Origin: Opitutales bacterium
GTDB lineage: Bacteria; Verrucomicrobiota; Verrucomicrobiia; Opitutales; PNEW01
Direction: 5' to 3'
Assembly (NCBI GenBank): GCA_965219535.1
Contig: CBDCNV010000001.1
Location: forward strand, 1,710,001-1,742,000
DNA length: 32,000 nt
A program made the translations under genes and the position numbers. The notes below the pieces were generated by a model that was not told the DNA's origin, ran no database searches, and saw nothing but the letters and a program-made list of their open reading frames with translations. Positions 9,827-18,336 of the stretch are shown here, in pieces (position 1 is the first letter of the stretch; every line of letters starts with the position of its first letter).

Positions 9827-10870
9827 ATGCCTAAAAGCCTTATTCTGACCTTTCTTTTAGTTCTCTGTTCCCCATTAGTAGGACAGGGGTTCTGGGAACA
9901 TGAGGAAGAGAGAAGCGCCTATCTTGATTTGGTATGGGAATATCACTTGGATAATTTCAGTCAGAGAAACTATAGCCGCGGTGTTGAAAACCTCTTCCGC
10001 AGCTTTGAAGAAAAAACGAAAAAGATGCTTGTTCCGGGAAAACGGCGTAAAGCAGGGATAAAAATTTATACTAATTCAGGTAGCGGCATTGCCACCCCAA
10101 CTGAATTAGTAATAGCAGTTATTGATAAATTAGTTCAACGTGGGTTTAAGCGAAGTGAACTCTTTATCCTCGATGTCAGTGAGCGTGATTTAAGAAATAG
10201 TGGATTCCTCCCCCCTCTCAGTAAAAAAGCAATAGAAGTGACTTTCGATAGGGTGCCTGTCTACATCTTAGAAACTGAAAACTACTACGATGAACTCTGG
10301 TACCACGAAAGTCCACTGCCATCACAAAGCCAGTTGGCGCATTCCGCAGAATTGATTGGTGGTTACGGTGAAGAAAAAGGCGTCTCAGATCGGAAAAGTT
10401 TCCTCGCCAAGCCATTAATAACGGATGTGGATTTTTGGATAAACCTGCCAATGGCCCTCGACAACCAGATTTTTGGAATAACCGGGGCGTTGACTAATGC
10501 GACACTTTGGGCTATTAGCAACCGGGATAGGTTTTTTGTCAGTCCCGCTAATGGTCCTATTGCGATCGCAGAAATCGCAGCTATTCCTGAATTGAAATCA
10601 GGATGGGTTTTTTCAATTATAAGCTTAGAGCGATATCAATTCATTGGAGGCCCCATTTTTAACTCACTCTATACACGGTCTGAACCCTTGTTATGGATGA
10701 GTATAAATCCCGTTGTTCTCGATGCATTGGTGATGGAACGAATTAATTATCATAAAAAAGAAAATGGATTTACGAGGATCGTTAGAAACACCCAAGTATT
10801 TAACTATGCCCAAAGCTTGGGCTTGGGACATTACAATCGGAAGAAAATCCGCTGGATTCATTTACCTTAA
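9827..10870 (+). CDS. Secreted hypothetical protein, possibly DUF362-like
   Basis: I start at the internal ATG at 9827 (MPKSLILTFLLVLCSPLVGQG, a signal peptide). The track's start at 9728 would overlap the divergent TPR gene. 'AGIKIYTN...ATPTELVIAVIDKLVQRGF..ELFILD' resembles the DUF362 N-terminal pattern, but that assignment is tentative. Confidence 0.55.
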   Translation: MPKSLILTFLLVLCSPLVGQGFWEHEEERSAYLDLVWEYHLDNFSQRNYSRGVENLFRSFEEKTKKMLVPGKRRKAGIKIYTNSGSGIATPTELVIAVIDKLVQRGFKRSELFILDVSERDLRNSGFLPPLSKKAIEVTFDRVPVYILETENYYDELWYHESPLPSQSQLAHSAELIGGYGEEKGVSDRKSFLAKPLITDVDFWINLPMALDNQIFGITGALTNATLWAISNRDRFFVSPANGPIAIAEIAAIPELKSGWVFSIISLERYQFIGGPIFNSLYTRSEPLLWMSINPVVLDALVMERINYHKKENGFTRIVRNTQVFNYAQSLGLGHYNRKKIRWIHLP

Positions 10871-10992
10871 ACATAACTATTTATTTTCATAATACCGAAT
10901 TTTGTGGTATAAGTTAATTTAAGTTTTGCCGGTAAGCTCAATCTTTTCTCCGTAGATTTTATTTATCTTCTGGCTTAAATCATTAATATAAT

Positions 10993-12354
10993 ATGCCTCT
11001 CGAAAGATATCTCGCCAAATCACGAATCATTGAAATCCAGAGTGATGACTTGAATGGTGCTTTGGAAGAATTGCTAAAAGTTGCAACCAAGCGTCTTTCT
11101 GCAAGGCTGTCGCCCAATCGTTTGCTCAACGATCTTTTAAATCGTGAAAGTATAATGACGACCTATTTGGGAAATGGAGTGGCGATTCCTCATTTGCGGG
11201 TAAAAATGAAAAGATCCTTTGTCTTTGCGATCGGGCGATGCCGTGAGGGCTTTAAGTATGATGGGGTTCCAAAAGGCACGGAAGTACGCATCTTACTTTT
11301 ACTTCTCGCCTCGGATAAGGTGAAGAATTACCTTAACGTTCTGGCTTCTCTAGCGCGTCTCTTTCGTGAAAAAACTCTGATCGATAATATTTTAGGTGCA
11401 CCCAATTTAGAGATTTTTCAAGAGCGAGTCATTCAAGGGTTCAGTGGGTTACCGGTAAGGCCGGGGAGACGTCAATCCAGGTTTAATAAGCTTTTACTCA
11501 AAGAAGGGGAGAAGGTGGCTAAAGCCTCCCGATGTTCAGCCATTCTTATCTTTAGTGACACCTTCGAAGGCGGTATTGATTTAAGCCCGGATTTCCCGAA
11601 ATACAGAACGGTCATGGTAACACGATCGGCTCCTGAACGACTGTTAGAGCAGAATAATAATACGACGACGATTGAAGTAAAACCTTATTCCAATCATCGT
11701 CTTTCACAATTGAGAAGTGCGGTTTTGATCGGGCTGACACGTGGTGTTTTTAAATATTATGATCGGTTGTGCTGTGTGGCTGGTATATTAAACAGCAATC
11801 AATTTGATACATTGGTTGTGGTCGATGTTGAACGGGAGTTTCAATCGGTACTCACGCGTGAGGCGGATCTTTTACCCTCATCCGTGTCGTTCGAAGTGCT
11901 TGAAAGAATCCTCGCAATTGCCACTGATTTATCGCTCGAAGGGCGTGAAGGAAGATCGATTGGCTGTTTATTTGTCTTAGGAGACACGAAAAAGGTTAAT
12001 ACGATGATAAAACCTTTGGTCTTAAATCCATTTCATGGCTACAAGGAAGAGGATCGCAATGTTTTGAATCCTTTCATGGATGAAACGATCAAAGAGTTAT
12101 CCTTCATGGATGGAGCATTTATCATTAAAGGAAACGGAATTATTGAATCTGCAGGTAGCTTGATAAACACACCCAGTGATTACTATCAAGAAATGCCTAG
12201 CGGTTTCGGTGCGCGCCACGCGGCTGCTTCCGCTATTTCACGGGCAACCGATAGCATTGTAATCGCCGTTTCCGCTACTTCAGGTCGGGTTACCTTATTC
12301 CGTCGCGGTGTAATGCTGCCATTGATTGATAATTCTATGGGAGGAGTACAATAA
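10993..12354 (+). CDS. PTS EIIA(type 2)-domain / PK_C-like / diadenylate cyclase (DAC, DisA_N) domain fusion protein
   Basis: 453 aa. Residues 1-150 carry the EIIA-2 signature 'YLGNGVAIPHLRV' (His67). Residues 298-445 carry DAC motifs: 'GCLFVLGD', 'MDGAFIIKGNG' (DGA) and 'GFGARHAAASAIS...VIAVSATSGRVTLF' (RHR position reads RHA). The middle segment 'AILIFSDTFEGG...TVMVTRS' looks like a pyruvate-kinase C-terminal-like domain. Confidence 0.8.
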   Translation: MPLERYLAKSRIIEIQSDDLNGALEELLKVATKRLSARLSPNRLLNDLLNRESIMTTYLGNGVAIPHLRVKMKRSFVFAIGRCREGFKYDGVPKGTEVRILLLLLASDKVKNYLNVLASLARLFREKTLIDNILGAPNLEIFQERVIQGFSGLPVRPGRRQSRFNKLLLKEGEKVAKASRCSAILIFSDTFEGGIDLSPDFPKYRTVMVTRSAPERLLEQNNNTTTIEVKPYSNHRLSQLRSAVLIGLTRGVFKYYDRLCCVAGILNSNQFDTLVVVDVEREFQSVLTREADLLPSSVSFEVLERILAIATDLSLEGREGRSIGCLFVLGDTKKVNTMIKPLVLNPFHGYKEEDRNVLNPFMDETIKELSFMDGAFIIKGNGIIESAGSLINTPSDYYQEMPSGFGARHAAASAISRATDSIVIAVSATSGRVTLFRRGVMLPLIDNSMGGVQ

Positions 12355-12426
12355 AGGATCGTGTTAACGATTTTCATTGCTTTTGATCACAGACTATTGA
12401 TAGCTTATCCCTTAAATCTTTAGCAA

Positions 12427-12594
12427 ATGCCGAGAGAAAATGTCATATTAGAGTGCACTGAAGCTGCCAAGGAAGGAAAATCGCCCTCCCGCTATATGTC
12501 GACGCGCAATAAAAAATTGCAACAGGGACGATTGGAAAAGAAGAAGTATAATCCTTTTTTAAGGCGTCATACGCTTCACCGGGAAGTCAAATAG
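12427..12594 (+). CDS. rpmG: 50S ribosomal protein L33 (Cys-poor 'C-minus' form)
   Basis: Not in the ORF track (55 aa). ATG 12427 to TAG 12592-12594 translates as [55 protein letters not shown]. The L33 hallmarks 'Y.T.KNKK', 'LE.KKY.P..R.HT.H.E.K' are present. Confidence 0.85.
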   Translation: MPRENVILECTEAAKEGKSPSRYMSTRNKKLQQGRLEKKKYNPFLRRHTLHREVK

Positions 12595-12676
12595 ACTTAC
12601 CTATTTTTAAAATTATCCTTTAAGAGCGGATTGGTCGTTTCTGCAGGTCGATAATTTTTTACCAACCGTGAGCCTA

Positions 12677-12910
12677 TTACCCATTTGAAACTTGGGTAGA
12701 GGCGGTGCGCCGACTCATGCGCCAGGAGTCTCGATGTTTACGTATCCAATCAAGTAGGGCACGTTCAAAACCGATATCCTGCCCGGCTTTTTCTGACTCC
12801 AACCACTTGTGCTTGAGGATTTCATCTCGCTCAGCGAGAAACTCAGCATAGAGACTAGAGCTTTTCATCATATCCTGATTTTTTTTTGAGATTGATTGAT
12901 TGGCTCTCAT
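12677..12910 (-). CDS. Small hypothetical protein
   Basis: 77-aa ORF. A later start at Met14 (12871) is plausible. It contains 'ILKHKWLESEKAGQDIGFERALLDWIRKH', which looks like a conserved small-protein motif that I cannot name confidently. Confidence 0.45.
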   Translation of the reverse strand: MRANQSISKKNQDMMKSSSLYAEFLAERDEILKHKWLESEKAGQDIGFERALLDWIRKHRDSWRMSRRTASTQVSNG

Positions 12911-13023
12911 TGCAGCTTAGATAATTGAAAGTTATTCTGGATATTGGTTTTAATCTTCAAAGTGACGCTTAATAATTAAAGAAGCAATTATAATATAGAT
13001 TTAATCGCAATAAAAGCGCTAAA

Positions 13024-14169
13024 TCAACTAATTGAATTAATAAGATCTTCTGCGATTTTTTTATAGGCAACTGCAGGTGAGCTCTGTGGCTCACTAATGA
13101 CAAGGGGAATGCCATTGTCGCATCCCACGCGTATTCCTTCATAAAGGGGTATTTGTCCAAGAAATTTAGTATCCAGGTCGAGAGCGGTTTTTTCTCCGCC
13201 ACCCTTACCAAATATGTAATGACGTTCTTCGGATGAGGGAAGTTCAAGAAAGCTCATATTCTCAACCACACCCAGGATCGGAACGTTCACTTTTCCAAAC
13301 ATCGTTGCGCCTCGGCGGGCCACGTTAAATGCTGCTATCTGGGGGGTGGTTATGACGATAGCGCCATCGAGGGGCATCGTTTGGACAATTGTCAGTTGAG
13401 CATCCCCCGTCCCCGGTGGCAAATCAACAAGGAGAAATTCAAGTTCACCCCAATTCACATTACTTACAAACTGCGTGATCGTTTTTGTCACCATTGGGCC
13501 CCGCCAGACTACAGGTGTATCTTCATCAATCAAGAATCCCATGGACATGACCCGAATACCGAAATTCTCTAACGGGTGAAGATTGTTATCCTCTATTTCA
13601 GGTCGGCCATTTATTCCGATCATTAAAGGGATGGAGGGCCCATAGATATCACAATCCATAATACCGACCTTATTAGATTTACCGAGACTTGATAAAGTAT
13701 CGTTTAAAGCACAGGCGAGATTGACCGTAAAAGTTGATTTACCAACCCCACCTTTTCCACTGGCAATCGCGACGATTCGTTCAACCTTTTGCAATTGGTT
13801 TTTAACACCGAGTTGACCGCTATTCTTTTCAGTTGATGAAGCTGGTGAAGTCGTGGCCTTAACATTGATTCTAACTTCTACTTTACCTATTTCGGAGATC
13901 GTAGCGAGAGCATCTTCAACAGCATTCTTTAGATTTAGAGGTAACTTTGGGTCTGCAGTATTAACTTCAAGGTTTACAATTACATTTTGGTTTTCGATAT
14001 CAATATTACGCAATAATCCGAACGAAACTATATCCCTGCTAAAGCCTGGATACTTAACTTCCTTGAGCGCGGTTTCTATTGTCTCTTTATTCAATTCTTT
14101 ACTGAATTTATCGATTAAATAAGGTATACTTTTCTGAGTAACAAAAAATGTTCTGCAATCATATGGCAA
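13024..14169 (-). CDS. apbC: Mrp/ApbC/NBP35-family Fe-S cluster carrier ATPase with an N-terminal DUF59/MIP18-like domain
   Basis: 381 aa. The deviant Walker A reads 'IAIASGKGGVGKST'. Other hallmarks are 'DCDIYGPSIP', 'LLVDLPPGTGD' and 'GVVENMS'. The N-terminus 'VKYPGFSRDIVSFGLL' is DUF59-like. The start codon is TTG at 14169. Confidence 0.92.
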   Translation of the reverse strand: MPYDCRTFFVTQKSIPYLIDKFSKELNKETIETALKEVKYPGFSRDIVSFGLLRNIDIENQNVIVNLEVNTADPKLPLNLKNAVEDALATISEIGKVEVRINVKATTSPASSTEKNSGQLGVKNQLQKVERIVAIASGKGGVGKSTFTVNLACALNDTLSSLGKSNKVGIMDCDIYGPSIPLMIGINGRPEIEDNNLHPLENFGIRVMSMGFLIDEDTPVVWRGPMVTKTITQFVSNVNWGELEFLLVDLPPGTGDAQLTIVQTMPLDGAIVITTPQIAAFNVARRGATMFGKVNVPILGVVENMSFLELPSSEERHYIFGKGGGEKTALDLDTKFLGQIPLYEGIRVGCDNGIPLVISEPQSSPAVAYKKIAEDLINSIS

Positions 14170-14203
14170 CGGTTAAGTTAACTATTGCGTTCTGAAATTT
14201 GCT

Positions 14204-15442
14204 ATGCTTAATCACCCCTCTATAATAATTATGAGGATCCTATTTATTTTATCAGTGACAGGTTCACTATTACTCTGGACATCAGTTCCAGTGATAGGGC
14301 AAACGCGTGAAATTAACATGGGAGAGATTGTCCGTCAGAGTGACCGTAAGGTTAAATTAATATCTATTCTATCTTCTGACAAGGCTGTTCAAAATCGTAT
14401 CATCACAGCTTTTAATCTTCACGGGGCATACGCGATTAAACCCAGCGGGCAAAGTAATTTTACTTTTAGATTCATCCCGGTTGGATCAGATCGTATGCAA
14501 CTGGCGATCGAAAGTGGAAATCCTTTAAAAACTCAGTACACGGAGACAGTATCGGGCGGTGATCGAGAGGAGGCAGCTCTGCGCGCCGCGGATCTCGCCG
14601 TATTCAAAACACTCGGTGCACCTGGTTTCTTTGCCGGAAAACTGGCATTTGTCGGTGATCGATCCGGGCATAAAGAAATATATACGACCGATTTACTCTT
14701 CACACGCGTCCGCCAAATTACTCGTGACCAGTCTCATTCAGTATTACCTCATTGGTCACCTGATGGGAGTAGAATAAATTATACCAGTTATTATCGAAAT
14801 GGCTTTCCAGATATTTATACTATCGACCTGGCTACTCTCCAGCGTAATACGATGGCCAGTTTCAAGGGGACTAATACGGGTGGTGAGTACAATTCACGCG
14901 GGACAGAAGTGGCAATGGTGCTTTCTGGAACGGGAAATACAGAAATCTATATTGGGAATTCACTGGGGCGTAATTTAAGGCGTATTACTCGTAGTCCAGC
15001 GGTGGAATCCGACCCCACCTGGTCTCCCAACGGTGAGCGGATTGCCTTTACTTCGAATCGACTTGGAAAACCGCAACTATTTGAAGTGTCAACAAGAGGA
15101 GGGGATGCGAAGCGGATTCCCACCAATAATAGTGGAAATTGCACCGAACCTTCGTGGAACCCAAGGCATGCTAATATTATAGCCTTTACGGCTGCGGTTG
15201 GTAAAGAGTTTGAGATTGCGCTCTTTGATTTTAATAAAAAACAGAGCAGGTGGTTGACGCGAGGTGCAGGGGATGCGATTGAGCCTTGCTGGACTCAGGA
15301 TGGCCGGCATTTAGTTTATACTGCGAGAACTAAAAAGTCTCGGCGACTTATACTCATTGATACGGTAACCGGGAAAATGCAGAGACTCAGCCCGGATAAT
15401 TTAGGGAACGTCTTTCAAGCCGCTTATGTTTCTACCCGTTGA
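14204..15442 (+). CDS. TolB-like periplasmic beta-propeller protein
   Basis: 412 aa with a signal peptide (the likely start is Met10 at 14231, MRILFILSV...). Repeated WD40-like TolB blades are present: 'PHWSPDGSRINYTS', 'PTWSPNGERIAFTS', 'PSWNPRH..IAFTA', 'PCWTQDGRHLVYTA'. No tolQRA/pal neighbours are present, so I do not assert orthology to TolB. Confidence 0.75.
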   Translation: MLNHPSIIIMRILFILSVTGSLLLWTSVPVIGQTREINMGEIVRQSDRKVKLISILSSDKAVQNRIITAFNLHGAYAIKPSGQSNFTFRFIPVGSDRMQLAIESGNPLKTQYTETVSGGDREEAALRAADLAVFKTLGAPGFFAGKLAFVGDRSGHKEIYTTDLLFTRVRQITRDQSHSVLPHWSPDGSRINYTSYYRNGFPDIYTIDLATLQRNTMASFKGTNTGGEYNSRGTEVAMVLSGTGNTEIYIGNSLGRNLRRITRSPAVESDPTWSPNGERIAFTSNRLGKPQLFEVSTRGGDAKRIPTNNSGNCTEPSWNPRHANIIAFTAAVGKEFEIALFDFNKKQSRWLTRGAGDAIEPCWTQDGRHLVYTARTKKSRRLILIDTVTGKMQRLSPDNLGNVFQAAYVSTR

Positions 15443-15987
15443 TGGGGAAAACATATACTTTCAGCGATTTCCTCCGCTTTTTCTCTCCCCCTAAGCTTTG
15501 CGACGAGAGCGAGTGAAAATTCTGTCGCGGTACCAGCTCCTTTTGAGGTAATTATCTCACCATCGACAACGACCGCTTGATTGGAAACTGGATCCTGGAG
15601 GTCATCGATGACACTGGGATGTGATGTGTATTGCTTCCCATTAAGTATTCCCGCATCGCTCAAAACAGTCGGCGCCGCGCAAATGGCACCTGTTATACCC
15701 CCTTTTGCTGCGTGCTGCTTTATTAGAGCAATAACCCGCGCGTCTTTTCGCATGCGTTTATAACCGGGGCCCCCTGGCACGATAATAGTATCGAAGTCTT
15801 TATCGATAACTGATTCGAGTAGTGCGTCCGCTTTTACTTTTATGCCATCACGTCCCGTGACAAGCAGTGTATCTTCGGTAGAAGCAATAGTGCAGTTGAC
15901 GTCGGCCCTACGCAATAAATCTATTGGACAGATCGCTTCTATCTCTTCAAAACCTTCAACCAATAAAATTAACGCAGTTTTACTCAT
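15424..15987 (-). CDS. DJ-1/PfpI-family protein
   Basis: 187 aa. 'FDTIIVPGGPG' and the nucleophile-elbow 'GAICAAPTVL' (conserved Cys) are typical of DJ-1/ThiJ/PfpI. Confidence 0.9.
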   Translation of the reverse strand: MSKTALILLVEGFEEIEAICPIDLLRRADVNCTIASTEDTLLVTGRDGIKVKADALLESVIDKDFDTIIVPGGPGYKRMRKDARVIALIKQHAAKGGITGAICAAPTVLSDAGILNGKQYTSHPSVIDDLQDPVSNQAVVVDGEIITSKGAGTATEFSLALVAKLRGREKAEEIAESICFPHQRVET

Positions 15988-15999
15988 GCATAATTAGGG

Positions 16000-16848
16000 T
16001 CACATCATTTTTGGATTACGTTCATATTTTTCGATATCAATTCGAAACTTTTCCAATGTATCCCAATAAGTTTTTCCGGCAAAAATGATTAAATCATTAT
16101 GACCCGCACCTTCGACCCAGAGATAGAGTTTTGGTTTGTTCGCTTTTTCCATTAAAGCTTTTCCGTGCCAGAAAGAAACAACTTCATCTTCTGTTCCGTG
16201 AATAAATAAGATCGGACACTGCACAGAATTTATTTTGCTGATGTTACTGAATTTATCCCAGGGGAGGAGAGGGTATTTAGTCATTACCCGAAAGGCACTG
16301 ACAAATGTACTCTCTAATATTAGCCCTCCCAAAGGTTTTCGTGAGGCCAGGTCAACGGCGGGTCCACCGCCTACCGATCTACCGAGAGCAATTATCTTTT
16401 CCGGCTTGATTTTAAGTTTATCTACGAGGTATTCATAAGCCGCATTGATTGATGCATAGGCTCCTTTTTCTGTCGCGCGGCCGTCACTTGTGCCATAGCC
16501 TGGATAGTCATAGGCAAAGACGGAAAAACCAAATTTTTGAAAACCCTCGAATGTGGGATAAAGCTCACCGATGTCTTCATAATTGCCGTGGCTATAAAGC
16601 AAAGTGTATTGGGAACGCTTATGAGGAAGATAGATTCCAGAAATCGTTTTTCCATTATCAATCGGAATTTTTATTATACGTTGGTTGTCCGTATAGCTGG
16701 ATGGCTTGTTAGGGAAAATCATCCCGTCAGAAAAGAGCAATGCTATAACTGCTAATATTCCATAGGCAAACAGGAGCGTAATGGCTATAATTTGAAGCGT
16801 ATCCATAATCATCTCACTAATCTTTTTATTGTATTTTTGCATGCTCAT
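16000..16848 (-). CDS. Alpha/beta-fold hydrolase with an N-terminal membrane anchor
   Basis: 282 aa. It has an N-terminal TM helix, an oxyanion 'LYSHGN', the GxSxG elbow 'GRSVGGG', then 'FIHGTEDEVV' and 'GAGHND'. It lies 12 bp upstream of the DJ-1 gene, so the two probably form an operon. Confidence 0.85.
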   Translation of the reverse strand: MSMQKYNKKISEMIMDTLQIIAITLLFAYGILAVIALLFSDGMIFPNKPSSYTDNQRIIKIPIDNGKTISGIYLPHKRSQYTLLYSHGNYEDIGELYPTFEGFQKFGFSVFAYDYPGYGTSDGRATEKGAYASINAAYEYLVDKLKIKPEKIIALGRSVGGGPAVDLASRKPLGGLILESTFVSAFRVMTKYPLLPWDKFSNISKINSVQCPILFIHGTEDEVVSFWHGKALMEKANKPKLYLWVEGAGHNDLIIFAGKTYWDTLEKFRIDIEKYERNPKMM

Positions 16849-16910
16849 TAAAAGTTAGATGAATCTATTTAGGCTTAAAATATTTAGCAATAGTTTTTCA
16901 GTATCGGATA

Positions 16911-18245
16911 ATGGTTGCCATCAATGCCTGGATTAAAAAAATGAGAAGCATGAGAAGTCTGGAAAGGGGAAAGCTCGCCTATTCTCGGATGGGTAATCAG
17001 ATAACAGATCCTGTCATTACTCAGCTGATGATTGAAGCGCTAAGTAAACCTGATCTTTTATCACTAGCGGCTGGATTTACTGATAACCACGTGCTTCCCG
17101 TAAATCTGGTAAATAATGTGGTTAGTAATCTTTCTGGAAACACCGAGAACACTGAGTACTTGCAATATGGATTCAACCAGGGCCGGTTACTGCTGAGAGA
17201 ACTAACCTGTCAGTTTCTCGCTGCTTATCCGAGTGAGGCGGGTAAGAAGTTTAATCCTGAGCAGATGTTAATTACTAATGGGTCGCAACAAGCACTCTAC
17301 CTTGCCGTGCAGGTGTTGTGTGATCCTGGTGATATTATTTTAGTCGAGCGGCCCACTTATTTTGTATTTCTTGAAATGTTGAAAAGTTTAGGGGTCGAAG
17401 CGATCTCTATTCCCACTGAAGATGATGGAGGGATTGATTTCGAGCAGTTTGCGGCAATGATTGAGGCTTTATCTGTTTCAAGCAAGAGAGAGAGACTGAA
17501 AGGAATCTACCTCGTTAGTTATTTTTCAAATCCATCGTCACGCTGCATGCCGGAAGAAGATAAAAGCCGCCTTGGAAGATTATTGCAGAGTTTGGACTTT
17601 AGCTTACCTGTAATTGAAGACACCGCCTATCGTGAGCTGTATTACGATGTTCCTTACCCGTCTCGAAGTATTCTCAGTCTGCCAGAATACGAAGGCATTC
17701 CCTGTCTCTATACCGGAACTTATACCAAACCTTTTGCCACCGGGTTGAAAGTTGGATTTGCCTATAGTTCTGATTATGAGTGGTTGAAGAAGATGGAGCG
17801 CGTGAAAGGCTGTCAGGATTTTGGCACATCAAATTTTACCCAGGCAATTATCGAATCGGTCTTAAGTAACAATCATTACCCTGAAGTCCTGAATGGTCTT
17901 CGCAAACACTATAAACGCAAGATGAAGCTGCTGCAGGATTCTTTGGACGATTATGGTTTGCGCGATCTTGGATGGGATTGGGAAATTCCTGAAGGGGGGC
18001 TGCTCTGTTGGATTAAAGGTCCTGTCGATTTAAATACAAATATCGATTCATCCTTTTGTAAATCCTGCGTGGATCATGGAGTACTCTATGTGCCGGGCAG
18101 TATTTGCTTTGCCGACGATGAGCCCACTTATTATGTAAGACTGAGTATAGGCTCTCTCGATGATGAACACTTGCAAGAAGCAGTGAAACGATTCGTTGAG
18201 GTAGTGAAAGATATTAGCAGCCTAACCTCTGATCAGGGGAGGTAA
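16911..18245 (+). CDS. PLP-dependent aminotransferase, class I/II (2-aminoadipate/MocR-like catalytic domain, no HTH)
   Basis: 444-aa ORF; the true start may be a downstream Met. Hallmarks are 'ITNGSQQALYL', 'GDIILVERPTY', 'NPSS', 'IEDTAYRELYY' and 'TYTKPFATGLKVGF' (the PLP lysine). Confidence 0.85.
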   Translation: MVAINAWIKKMRSMRSLERGKLAYSRMGNQITDPVITQLMIEALSKPDLLSLAAGFTDNHVLPVNLVNNVVSNLSGNTENTEYLQYGFNQGRLLLRELTCQFLAAYPSEAGKKFNPEQMLITNGSQQALYLAVQVLCDPGDIILVERPTYFVFLEMLKSLGVEAISIPTEDDGGIDFEQFAAMIEALSVSSKRERLKGIYLVSYFSNPSSRCMPEEDKSRLGRLLQSLDFSLPVIEDTAYRELYYDVPYPSRSILSLPEYEGIPCLYTGTYTKPFATGLKVGFAYSSDYEWLKKMERVKGCQDFGTSNFTQAIIESVLSNNHYPEVLNGLRKHYKRKMKLLQDSLDDYGLRDLGWDWEIPEGGLLCWIKGPVDLNTNIDSSFCKSCVDHGVLYVPGSICFADDEPTYYVRLSIGSLDDEHLQEAVKRFVEVVKDISSLTSDQGR

Positions 18246-18336
18246 TATATGCTTTAACTATTTGCCTGTTTTTGCATAATAGGATAATTGCAGACAACTG
18301 CATTTAACGAGCGTAATCTAGAAGACTTATCTGTTT

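Noticed and set aside
12969-13247. The 92-aa minus-strand ORF in the track.
   Set aside because: It overlaps the 3' end of the well-supported Mrp/ApbC gene in another frame and has a low-complexity, AT-driven composition. I treat it as spurious.
15424-15442. A 19-nt 3'-end overlap of the convergent TolB-like and DJ-1 genes.
   Set aside because: Short convergent overlaps are common in compact genomes, and nothing else marks it as functional.
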